This document shows, piece after piece, positions 10,138 to 18,011 of a DNA stretch of 64,000 nt (position 1 is the first letter of the stretch; each line of letters opens with the position of its first letter). The notes under the pieces were generated by a model. It was not told the DNA's origin and ran no database searches. It worked only from the letters and a program-made list of their open reading frames with translations. The stretch covers positions 6,683-70,682 of the forward strand of contig NZ_CAJMEH010000002.1 of the NCBI RefSeq assembly GCF_905212365.1. Reading direction: 5' to 3'. Made by a program: the position numbers and the translations under genes. The stretch comes from an uncultured Phascolarctobacterium sp. GTDB lineage: Bacteria; Bacillota; Negativicutes; Acidaminococcales; Acidaminococcaceae.

Positions 10138-10864
10138 ACAGTTTCAAATACTTCATCATCGTATAAATAAAATGCTGTAAGCTGGAATATAATCCGCTCC
10201 AGCCATCCACAAATCCCAGCTGCAAAAAATACGCTCTCAAAAAGCCATACGCCGCATGCCCAAAACATGCGGCCAACGAAGTTTTTTTGCCGCGTTCGTA
10301 ATTATCCTGCGCCCAAATCGTCGTATAATTGCCAGCTTTATCCCACCATTGCTGCCAACAAGTATAAGTATAATGCTCAATGAAGCCTTTTAATTTTTCT
10401 TTTGGCAAATCACAAACCGGATGCTCATGTACTTTATTTACCCAATGCACTTTATCAGAGGGAAACAGTCTTAATACTTCGTCAGGTTTAAAAATGCCAT
10501 GCATATATGTAAATCCAAAGGCATGAATTTTTCGCATCATACTATATTGTTTTATTTTGTGATTTGCAGCAGCAGCTTTTATAGCAGAACAAAGTTCTTG
10601 ATTAAGCCTTTCATCAGCATCTAAATACAATACCCATTCCGTAGCGATATGCTGCAAAGCAAAGTTACGCTGCGCAGAAAAATCATCATCCCAAGCGCGA
10701 TAGATAACGCGCGCTCCGTTTGCTTCCGCTAGGGGCACAGTCTTATCCGTACTGCCGGAATCGACTACTAGCACGCAATCTGTAAGCTGCCGCGCGTTTT
10801 GCACTACGTCGGCTATATTCGCTTCTTCATTTTTAGTTAGTATCACAACGCTTAATTTTGACAT
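10118..10864 (-). CDS. GT2 family glycosyltransferase, WaaE/KdtX-like LPS core glycosyltransferase
   Basis: SVVILTKNEEANI...VVDSGSTDKTV...DDDFSAQRN is the canonical GT2 N-terminus of WaaE-type enzymes. Confidence 0.75.
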   Translation of the reverse strand: MSKLSVVILTKNEEANIADVVQNARQLTDCVLVVDSGSTDKTVPLAEANGARVIYRAWDDDFSAQRNFALQHIATEWVLYLDADERLNQELCSAIKAAAANHKIKQYSMMRKIHAFGFTYMHGIFKPDEVLRLFPSDKVHWVNKVHEHPVCDLPKEKLKGFIEHYTYTCWQQWWDKAGNYTTIWAQDNYERGKKTSLAACFGHAAYGFLRAYFLQLGFVDGWSGLYSSLQHFIYTMMKYLKLYELQNK

Positions 10865-10882
10865 AAATGTTATCCTTTGCTC

Positions 10883-12391
10883 TTAAGAGTTTATATGCAC
10901 TATCCATTCGCCTTTACGGTCGGACCCCTGACGTTCAATAATATTTTTATCTTTCAGCTTTCGCATCAACCTAGATACTGCTGATTTACTTAAACCAAGT
11001 TGTTGAGCAACTTCTCTAACACTTACTCTTGGGTCATTTAATAAAATATCTAGTAACCGTTTTTCTTCTACCACCTTAATTTGTCCCGCATTTTGTCCCG
11101 GTTTTTCTCCTATTTCTCCATTTTGTCCCGCATTTTGTCCCGGTTCTTTCGTTATCTCTTGAGTTTGTCCCACAGTTTGTCCCGGCTGCTTCGCTATTTC
11201 TTGCGTTTGTCCCGCGTCCAAATTCCGATAAATATTGAACCGCAGTTCCGTCTCTCCGCCCAAAATTTCCAGTTTTTCTAAGCCAGCATCTTTAATCATC
11301 TTTGCAACACGTAACATCCCCGTACCCCAGCGTTCGATTAAATGCATATAGCTAAATGCCATAGCTAATGCTTCATTGCGCACTTTGGAATAGCCTTCAC
11401 GCATTTTTTGGATAGTCTGTCCAATAGGCAATTTGCCTGGAGAAGTTATCTCTAATCGATTATCAAAAATCGCCACTTGAATATTCCCGTTATCCAAATA
11501 ACTACGATGCACAGCTGCATTTATAATCAACTCGCGGATAGCAGCAGGAGGAATTTCATAGACATCCTGCCTATACAGACCTTCAATTACTGCACCAAGA
11601 TGAATGTTACGCAATACAAAATGATAAGCATTTTCGATTATATCCTGTACCGGCCCTGTAAATTCACGTCTGTCAACAAAAATAACGCGTTCATTATCCT
11701 TAAAAACTGCACATTGAAAAGTACAATGCAAAATAGCTGACCCAGTAAGAATCGCATAAGCGTTGGTCGGAAGCATTTTCCCTTCTTGCTCCACCAAAAC
11801 ACCCCATGACAGCAATTGTTTAGCAGAAACATCCTTCACCAGCGCTTGTTCTTCCTTGCTGCTGCAATTGCACAAAGCTACTTCTTTCATACGCCGACAA
11901 AGATTTTCAATATCCGCTTCGCTAACCTGCAACCCCAAACAAATAGTTTTATCGAAGAAGCGGTTATTTCCTTCAAAAAGCAATTCTTTCACCATATATT
12001 CATCTGCCGCTCTAGTAGTACCTGCCACACGCACATATACACCGTATGGCAAGCCTTCTGCCGCAAGATAATAAGGCCTTTGCCGACCTGGTTCTATATC
12101 AACAATGATAATAGTTGCGCCATCAATCGTCTGCATATAAATATCAGGAATAATCGCAGGCTTACAACTGTCAGATATAGCATTAGCTACAGAATCCATA
12201 ATATTAAAGGCATCATTTTTATCGACGCCGACAATTCTTCTCGTCTCGTCCTCAACACCGATGACCAGCTTACCACCTTGCCCATTAGCGAAAGCAATGA
12301 TAGTTTTCATGTATTTGCTACTTTTAGCTGGCAGGCTTTCTTTAAATTCAACATTCTTAGATTCGCCTGCAAGAATTTCCTCTATCGTCAT
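10883..12391 (-). CDS. putative regulator with three domains: AlbA_2 (Schlafen-like), HATPase_c_4 and a C-terminal winged HTH
   Basis: 502 aa. N-terminus KNVEFKESLP...AFANGQGGKLVIGV is AlbA_2. The middle has RELIINAAVHRSY...ITSPGKLP (HATPase_c_4). The C-terminus is an HTH. The linker contains imperfect ~42-bp tandem repeats encoding PGQTVGQTQEITKE / PGQNAGQNGEIGEK. Confidence 0.65.
   Translation of the reverse strand: MTIEEILAGESKNVEFKESLPAKSSKYMKTIIAFANGQGGKLVIGVEDETRRIVGVDKNDAFNIMDSVANAISDSCKPAIIPDIYMQTIDGATIIIVDIEPGRQRPYYLAAEGLPYGVYVRVAGTTRAADEYMVKELLFEGNNRFFDKTICLGLQVSEADIENLCRRMKEVALCNCSSKEEQALVKDVSAKQLLSWGVLVEQEGKMLPTNAYAILTGSAILHCTFQCAVFKDNERVIFVDRREFTGPVQDIIENAYHFVLRNIHLGAVIEGLYRQDVYEIPPAAIRELIINAAVHRSYLDNGNIQVAIFDNRLEITSPGKLPIGQTIQKMREGYSKVRNEALAMAFSYMHLIERWGTGMLRVAKMIKDAGLEKLEILGGETELRFNIYRNLDAGQTQEIAKQPGQTVGQTQEITKEPGQNAGQNGEIGEKPGQNAGQIKVVEEKRLLDILLNDPRVSVREVAQQLGLSKSAVSRLMRKLKDKNIIERQGSDRKGEWIVHINS
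11086..11230 (-). repeat. intragenic imperfect tandem repeats (about 3 units of ~42 bp) in the linker of the AlbA_2/HATPase_c_4 regulator
   Basis: The motif ttgtcccg recurs about every 30-45 bp. The encoded protein shows a repeated (E/K)PGQxxGQ pattern. Confidence 0.6.
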
Positions 12392-12427
12392 GTTTTGTCA
12401 CCTTATAAGCTTTTTTAATTATAATAT

Positions 12428-12898
12428 TCACAGCTCTTTGAAAGTTTTTATATGCACTATCCATTCGCCTTTACGGTCGGACCCCTGACGTTCCAATAGC
12501 TTTTGCATCTTTAATGAACGTATAGCTCTCGTGACGTGGCTTCGGCTAAGGTTTATATCATTGCACAACTTCAAAATTGTACTTTGAGGATGCCTCTTAA
12601 AATATTGCAAAACTGCTTTTTCTACATCATTCAAGCTATCATTTTCAGTCTCATTTTCACTTTTAGTCTCACTTGATTCTAAAAATGCAGGATGAATAAA
12701 AATGGTAGACGTAAAAGAAAGTCTATCGTCGTCCGTTTCAAAAAGCGGCTTAGGCGATCCGTTAGCTTCCAAAGCGTTTAATATTTTTCTAAAGCCGGTA
12801 TTACGGTACGGCCAAATACCCTTAGCCGCTTGCGCCAGCGCGTCGTTCTTTACACCTTTACTTGACTCTAGTATAATATAAATATAGTTGATTATCAA
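12428..12898 (-). pseudogene. truncated paralog of the upstream regulator, keeping only the C-terminal HATPase_c_4 tail and the HTH
   Basis: The 156-aa ORF ends ...LERQGSDRKGEWIVHIKTFKEL. The last 15 aa and a 47-bp DNA stretch (12457..12503) are identical to the 3' end of 10883..12391 (10889..10935). It lacks the AlbA_2 N-terminus. Confidence 0.5.
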
Positions 12899-12917
12899 GG
12901 AAAAGAGAGTTAATTGA

Positions 12918-12981
12918 GCATAAAAAAAGAATAAAAAGCAGGACGCTATGTTAAAAATATAATCACCATAGCGCCCTGCTT
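12918..12981 (-). terminator. rho-independent terminator downstream of the second EptA-like gene
   Basis: 15-bp stem (aagcaggacgctatg / catagcgccctgctt, one mismatch) followed on the minus strand by a T-rich run. Confidence 0.5.
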
Positions 12982-12993
12982 TTATCTTATTTA

Positions 12994-14779
12994 TTAAATA
13001 TGCGTATGCCCGGCATTGGTTAATAAATCCTCCCGGCGGTATTTAAAATTCGGCGAAGCCAGCGAATTGGTTTCGTCAAATTTATTGGACTGCACGTTAA
13101 AAACGCTGCACAATAATTCATACGCTAAATCGTTGGTCCAATATAAATTTTGGTGTTGGCGCAGCGTTTCCACCACGTTTTTATTTTTAGCGATGTATTC
13201 GTCAGAAAAATAAGTCACTAGCGGAATGCGCACACTGCCCATGCCGTCGAAATTAGGCGAGCGCCGTCCGTCCGGAACCGTGGCGTGGTCGGAAAAATAA
13301 ACCATCGCCTGCAGGTTTAATTTTTCCTGGGCGTAAGCGAAAATTTTGCTCAAAACATAATCCGTATACGCAATGGAATTGGCGTAATTTAATTCTAATT
13401 CATATTTGCCGGGCGTACCGAATTTAGTAAATGCTTCTGGATAACGATTGAGAAAATTAAAGTGGCTGCCTTTAAGATGGATAACGACGAAATTGTTGCT
13501 CTGCGGGTCTACCTCGTCTAAAAAATCCAAGAGCGATTCATCATACTGCACAGTATTTAATTGCTGCTTCGTCCACTTCGCCACGTCGGCGGTATCGGCA
13601 ATTAAAGTTACCGGCGTATCTGCCGAGCCCAAATGGCCCTGATTACTATACCAGTGAATCCTGTACCCCCCCCAGTGCACGCACTACATCTATGATGGAG
13701 CAGGCTTCATAAAATTTTTTATCGTTATACTGATTGATTTCCGTCAACGCATTTGATACGGCCAAAACTGTATTGGCGCCGATGGAATAAGCGTTAGGGA
13801 AAATAATGCAATTCGACATTTCGTTGAGTTTATTCAGCCACGGCGTCGTGTTGTGCGGATACGCCGGGTTGACAGCTTGCATATAATCGCGCGATGCCGA
13901 TTCGCCAATCACCAGCAAAATGGTCGACGGCTTGGCAAACTTTTCCGCTAACGGCTGCACCGTTAAATTTTTAATGCGCTCCCGCATATTAGATTTGTAT
14001 AATTTATTAGTTTCCAAATAGGTTTTGACGTCCAAATAAAATTCCACGATGGCGGTACGAATAAATACGCCGTGCTTTTTCTTCCACAAGTAGCAAGACA
14101 AAAAAGCTACGATAGCCGCTAAAATTGCCACAGAATATAAAGACAACGGCTGCGTTTGCGTCAACGCGCCGTAATTTGCCCAGCTGCACACGCCTATCAT
14201 TAAGACAACGCCTAACACCGAAAAAATATTGTACGCCAAAGGCAGGGATTTAAAATATTCGATGATCTCATTGTAATGCGTTTCTTGCAGCATCTGCATA
14301 CCGTTTTCGTTGATGCAGGCTTTATACAAAGCGAAATAACCTAACTGCGCCAAGGGTATCAATAAGAAAATTATTTCCAGCACAGTTATAACAACAGCTG
14401 CAGGCAGTGCCAACGCAGAAATTTGCCGTGCCAAAATCCCCAAAGACGATATCCAGCTGATAATATACAAACCAAAAACAGCCTCAAAATGAAATTCAAA
14501 ATCCGAAGACACCTTATGATTGCTGATATAATACAGAGTTGGATATGTTAATATCCACAGCCAGCAAATAATAGTGGGAATAACAAATAGTGGTGAAGAC
14601 AGCGGCAGCTGTGTGACAGCCGCAGGCAGCAGCGCCAAAATAGCGCAGGGCACAAAACGGCGCATCTGCAGATAGGTTGCTTTATTTCCAAGGCCATGGG
14701 AAATTGCAAAATAATAACCATATGACAAAATATAAAACGCAATGGCAACATAGATATAAGCATCATACATGATAAGCAT
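12994..14779 (-). pseudogene. second EptA-like phosphoethanolamine transferase, frameshifted at a G8 tract into ORFs 13646..14779 and 12994..13680; putative phase-variable gene, currently OFF
   Basis: The upstream ORF has the membrane domain plus KPSTILLVIGESASRDY. The downstream ORF begins HWGGYRIHWYSNQGHLGSADTP and contains HLKGSHFNFLNRYP. A G8 tract on the coding strand sits exactly at the junction. Removing one G gives ...DVVRALGGYRIHWYSNQG..., which aligns colinearly with the intact paralog (DIAKKAGYKTYWFSNQG). Confidence 0.75.
13666..13673 (-). repeat. homopolymeric G8 tract (C8 on the plus strand) at the frameshift site of the EptA-like gene
   Basis: Plus strand reads ctgtacccccccc agtgcac; counted directly. 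Confidence 0.9.
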
Positions 14780-14880
14780 TAATCCTTTCTAAATTAAGTA
14801 TGAATATTCTTTATAAATTAAATCCATTAATATTGTATTACAGATGCAGTGGATAGTCAATTACGCATATAGCAAAGACC

Positions 14881-14917
14881 CAAAAAATAAGAGCCTTCGG
14901 ATTTCTCCAAAGGCTCT
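14881..14917 (-). terminator. rho-independent terminator immediately downstream of the partial tRNA-Ser copy
   Basis: Stem agagcctt / aaggctct with an 11-nt loop, followed on the minus strand by TTATTTTTTG. Confidence 0.55.
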
Positions 14918-14930
14918 AAAACCGCATGGT

Positions 14931-14989
14931 TGGCGGAGTGGGTGGGATTCGAACCCACGCACGGGGTAAACCGTCTAACGATTTAGCAA
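14931..14989 (-). repeat. 59-bp partial copy of the 3' end of tRNA-Ser(GCU): T-arm, acceptor 3' strand and CCA. Direct repeat of 16607..16665.
   Basis: Identical to the intact tRNA over 59 nt (tggcggagtgggtgggattcgaacccacgcacggggtaaaccgtctaacgatttagcaa), then diverges. Confidence 0.8.
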
Positions 14990-15120
14990 CTCACGCCTGC
15001 CCATTGCATTGCTTCTAGGCACTCTTTTATTTCCATATTTTCAACTGGTTTAGATATATTATAAATTAATTCTATATTTTACACATATTCGTCGAAGATA
15101 AGCCCCCTAAATCACCTATC

Positions 15121-15540
15121 TTAAGAGATACCATCCTCAATAGCTTCTTTTTCATGAAAAGATTTTACCGCCGCAACGAATCCATTGGCTTCATCTACTA
15201 ATTTCAGCACATCTTCTTCAGATAGCTCAAAATAGTCATCGTAATCACTCATTGAGCGACTTGCAAATAGATTAGAAATTGTATCAGACAAATCCTTCCC
15301 AAAAACACCATTCTTAACATAGTGCATTCTGAAATACGATATCACACCAGAATGCTTAGAAAAATCTTTCCCATCAGTAGCTAAAACAGAACGCATAGCA
15401 TGAAACACAGCATAATAAGCCCTATTGACAGCCCCACGACTATCTCCTATGGCAAGCAGTGCATTTGCTGCCTTAAGGCATTGGTGCGCCTGCTCTAATC
15501 TAAGGCTAGCAAGACTCCGCTTCTCCTCATCATGCAGCAT
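15121..15540 (-). CDS. HEPN domain protein, toxin component of a HEPN/MNT pair
   Basis: 139 aa. Overlaps the upstream nucleotidyltransferase by 11 nt. RAYYAVFHAMRSVL is the HEPN helix pattern. Confidence 0.75.
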   Translation of the reverse strand: MLHDEEKRSLASLRLEQAHQCLKAANALLAIGDSRGAVNRAYYAVFHAMRSVLATDGKDFSKHSGVISYFRMHYVKNGVFGKDLSDTISNLFASRSMSDYDDYFELSEEDVLKLVDEANGFVAAVKSFHEKEAIEDGIS

Positions 15541-15871
15541 AAACCACTACACCATCCTTCTCGATATTTTGGTAAAAAGGTAAAATAGGTTTTCTAGCAT
15601 GGAATGCCTTCTTATCCAAAAGAAACATTGACAACAAAATATCGTGTTCCAATCCTACACGGCTGAAGATTTTATTTAATGTCCAAAGTATTTTCCTGTT
15701 CTCTTCTGGCTCCATATTCGTTAACACCAATACATCCACATCAGACTCCTCGGTATTATCGCCGCGAGCATAGGAACCATACAAAACTACTTTGTCGAGC
15801 TTATCACCCAAAAGATCATAAATCTGCTCGGTCAGCTCTTTTAAAACAATATCTAACTCACTACGTTTCAT
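15530..15871 (-). CDS. minimal nucleotidyltransferase (MNT) antitoxin
   Basis: VVLYGSYARGDNTEESDVDVLV is the G[SG]x9-13Dx[DE] nucleotidyltransferase motif. Confidence 0.8.
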   Translation of the reverse strand: MKRSELDIVLKELTEQIYDLLGDKLDKVVLYGSYARGDNTEESDVDVLVLTNMEPEENRKILWTLNKIFSRVGLEHDILLSMFLLDKKAFHARKPILPFYQNIEKDGVVVYAA

Positions 15872-15983
15872 AGCAATTTCCTCCTTGCAGACCTATTTCT
15901 ATAATAATTATACACTTACTTCACATTACCAGCAAGAGAAAAGTCTTTGACAATACGATATTCAAAACTCTTGACTAAATAAC

Positions 15984-16292
15984 TCATAAGCCTAATTCCT
16001 TTTCCAAATTAGCGAAAACTTCAGAAGCAGGCTTTACTCTACCTGCGAGCACATCCTGATATCCCTTTTCCAAAGCTTCATCAAGTTCGGCTTCTGTCAT
16101 TTTACTCATATCCAGCGGATGCCTATATGGTATTTTAACATCAAAAGGAATTCCTCTTTGCAGGATAATTTGCTTATAAAACATATTAATGGCGTTCGAT
16201 ACAGGAGTCCCTAAAGTCGATAAAATTTCTTCAGCTTGTTTTTTCACATCTGGCTCAATTCGAGCATAAAGATTTGCAGTTTTGCTTGCCAT
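15984..16292 (-). CDS. RelB/DinJ family antitoxin, orphan: no cognate toxin ORF is adjacent
   Basis: MASKTANLYARIEPDVKKQAEEILSTLGTPVSNAINMFYKQIILQRGIPFDV is the DinJ ribbon-helix-helix family. The track ORF extends to 16358 through an implausible N-terminus; the likely start is the ATG at 16292. Confidence 0.65.
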   Translation of the reverse strand: MASKTANLYARIEPDVKKQAEEILSTLGTPVSNAINMFYKQIILQRGIPFDVKIPYRHPLDMSKMTEAELDEALEKGYQDVLAGRVKPASEVFANLEKELGL

Positions 16293-16552
16293 ATTATCAA
16301 CTCCTCTACCTGTTAGCTTCTTTTTCTTTATTATACATATTTGTAAGTACAAAAGCAATACTAATGTAGATGCTTTGTGTAAGAAAGCTCAAAACTCTAA
16401 GAGTTAAGAGAGCATCCATACAGAATCGCCAAATTGATATTCCTTGCGTTATTTCTAAGATAATGGATTTTTTATCATAAGCCCCACGTGTATAAAACTT
16501 AATACAAATTACTCTCAGTTATACAGCTAATACTCCATCTTTTCTTTTGCTA

Positions 16553-16594
16553 GGCAAATAAAAACGGCTTCGTAGATTATCTCTACAAAGCCGT
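16553..16594 (-). terminator. rho-independent terminator immediately 3' of tRNA-Ser(GCU)
   Basis: 12-bp stem acggcttcgtag / ctacaaagccgt (one mismatch), followed on the minus strand by TTTTTATTT. Confidence 0.6.
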
Positions 16595-16606
16595 CGTTTA
16601 TTGTGT

Positions 16607-16698
16607 TGGCGGAGTGGGTGGGATTCGAACCCACGCACGGGGTAAACCGTCTAACGATTTAGCAAACCGTCCTCTTCAGCCAGCTTGAGTACCACTCC
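16607..16698 (-). tRNA. tRNA-Ser (anticodon GCU), 92 nt, encoded CCA
   Basis: Hand-folded. Acceptor stem GGAGTGG / CCACTCC, anticodon loop TTGCTAA, long variable arm, T-arm GTGGG-TTCGAAT-CCCAC. Confidence 0.85.
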
Positions 16699-16766
16699 AT
16701 TAGACTACTATATTAGTATAACAGAAGTTTTACTTTTTGGCAAGAGCTTCTGCACAATTTTTTATT

Positions 16767-16856
16767 TGGCGGAAAGGGTGGGATTCGAACCCACGGAAGG
16801 CTTGCGCCCTCGCTAGTTTTCAAGACTAGAGCCTTAAACCGCTCGGCCACCTTTCC
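16767..16856 (-). tRNA. tRNA-Ser (anticodon UGA), 90 nt, encoded CCA
   Basis: Hand-folded. Acceptor stem GGAAAGG / CCTTTCC, D-arm GCC-GAGCGGTTTAA-GGC, anticodon stem-loop CTAGT-CTTGAAA-ACTAG, long variable arm. Confidence 0.8.
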
Positions 16857-16901
16857 ATATAAATGTAATTATACGTTAAAAGCGTCCTTCCGTCAAGCCT
16901 T

Positions 16902-17534
16902 TTACGCTAAAGCTGCGTCCGTGGCCTGCAACGTCCTTGCCTCCAACAGCGCCGCCTGTTCCAGCATAGCCGTCAGCTCCCTGCTCACCGCTTTGTTATA
17001 CTCCGCGTCCTTCGTCAGCTGTAAATTGATGCGCACATTATAATCGGCGCAGCGCAAAGCCGCACGCGCCAGCAAAGCGCTGCACGCACCATCGGTGATT
17101 ACGCCCGGATTGCCAACCGCCACCAGCCTGTCTGCCAGCTGCAGCGCCAGCAAAGCCGTGCGGGCAATGGCTAACGGCACCGCCGCCGCCCGCTTTGCTG
17201 CCATGCGCACAGCCTGCGTCCGCGCTGCCTTTTCCTCCTCCGTCGCTTTCGGCAGCCTGTAACACGCCATAAAGCTTTCAAAGGCCTTAGCGTCGTCCTC
17301 TGCCAGCTGCAAAAGCTCCGAGCGCGCGGCTTCGGCCTGCGACAAAAGCTCCTTAACCTCCGCTTCCTGCGCGGCAAAGCGCTCCTTCCCCACAGTGAGA
17401 TTACCCACCATGGAAGCCAGCGCCGCCGCCAAAGCCCCGGCCATAGCGGCAGGGCCGCCGCCCCCCGGAGTGGGCGCTGCCGAAGCCAAAGCCGTCAAAA
17501 AAATTTTGCTGCTCATTTCGGTCAGATTCTGCAT
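16902..17534 (-). CDS. cyclodeaminase/cyclohydrolase family protein (FTCD C-terminal domain-like)
   Basis: N-terminal APTPGGGGPAAMAGALAAALASMVGNL is the hallmark glycine-rich helix of the formiminotransferase-cyclodeaminase C-terminal domain. Confidence 0.65.
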   Translation of the reverse strand: MQNLTEMSSKIFLTALASAAPTPGGGGPAAMAGALAAALASMVGNLTVGKERFAAQEAEVKELLSQAEAARSELLQLAEDDAKAFESFMACYRLPKATEEEKAARTQAVRMAAKRAAAVPLAIARTALLALQLADRLVAVGNPGVITDGACSALLARAALRCADYNVRINLQLTKDAEYNKAVSRELTAMLEQAALLEARTLQATDAALA

Positions 17535-17606
17535 ATTTTACCTCTTTTCTGTACAAACGGCTATGCAGCGCAAGCCTTCTGCTCACGTCTGCATAGCCGT
17601 AAACTA

Positions 17607-18011
17607 CTAACTCTTATTTTGCGCCAGCCAGCGCCGCACCTGTACCACCGCCGCATAAGCGTCCAGCGGCTCAGGCGGAACCTGCAGGCCTAAGGGCAAA
17701 AGCCTCCGCCAACCCTTAGGCGGATTTTCCTGCCAATACAAGCTGCGCGCTTCCTCCGTACTATGCGCTTCGCCAACTAGCGCTAAAACCGTATTGGGAA
17801 AAACCTTCTGCACCGCTACGCCGATGGCCTTACTATTAGTGCCGTCGCCCATAATAATCTGCGCCGGCTGCTCCTGACCAGCAAAAATGCGCAGTTCGCT
17901 GGCAATGCTATCCGTAACTGCAATGCGCAGCGCCAGAATACTGCCGTCAGCTGCCACCAAAGCCAAGCCTGTTTTGCTGCGTCCTGGGTCGATTCCCAAA
18001 TACTTATTCAT
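17607..18011 (-). CDS. hypothetical protein, possibly an RNase-H-fold (YqgF/RuvC-like) nuclease
   Basis: N-terminal LGIDPGRSKTGLALVAADGSIL resembles the resolvase-like first strand/Asp. Weak. Confidence 0.3.
   Translation of the reverse strand: MNKYLGIDPGRSKTGLALVAADGSILALRIAVTDSIASELRIFAGQEQPAQIIMGDGTNSKAIGVAVQKVFPNTVLALVGEAHSTEEARSLYWQENPPKGWRRLLPLGLQVPPEPLDAYAAVVQVRRWLAQNKS

Noticed and set aside
10889-12503. The 47-bp identical direct repeats at the 3' ends of the regulator and its fragment, considered as a site-specific recombination (shufflon-like) cassette system.
   Set aside because: The repeats are in direct, not inverted, orientation. No recombinase is nearby. Recombination would delete rather than invert. 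More parsimonious is a partial tandem duplication followed by decay.
1313-15873. Short plus-strand ORFs in the AT-rich region (1313..1576, 3288..3530, 3960..4245, 7813..8220, 9004..9591, 11081..12488, 13016..13642, 15679..15873).
   Set aside because: All overlap better-supported minus-strand genes, have no ribosome-binding site or recognisable motif, and are Ile/Leu/Phe/Lys-rich as expected from translating AT-rich antisense DNA.
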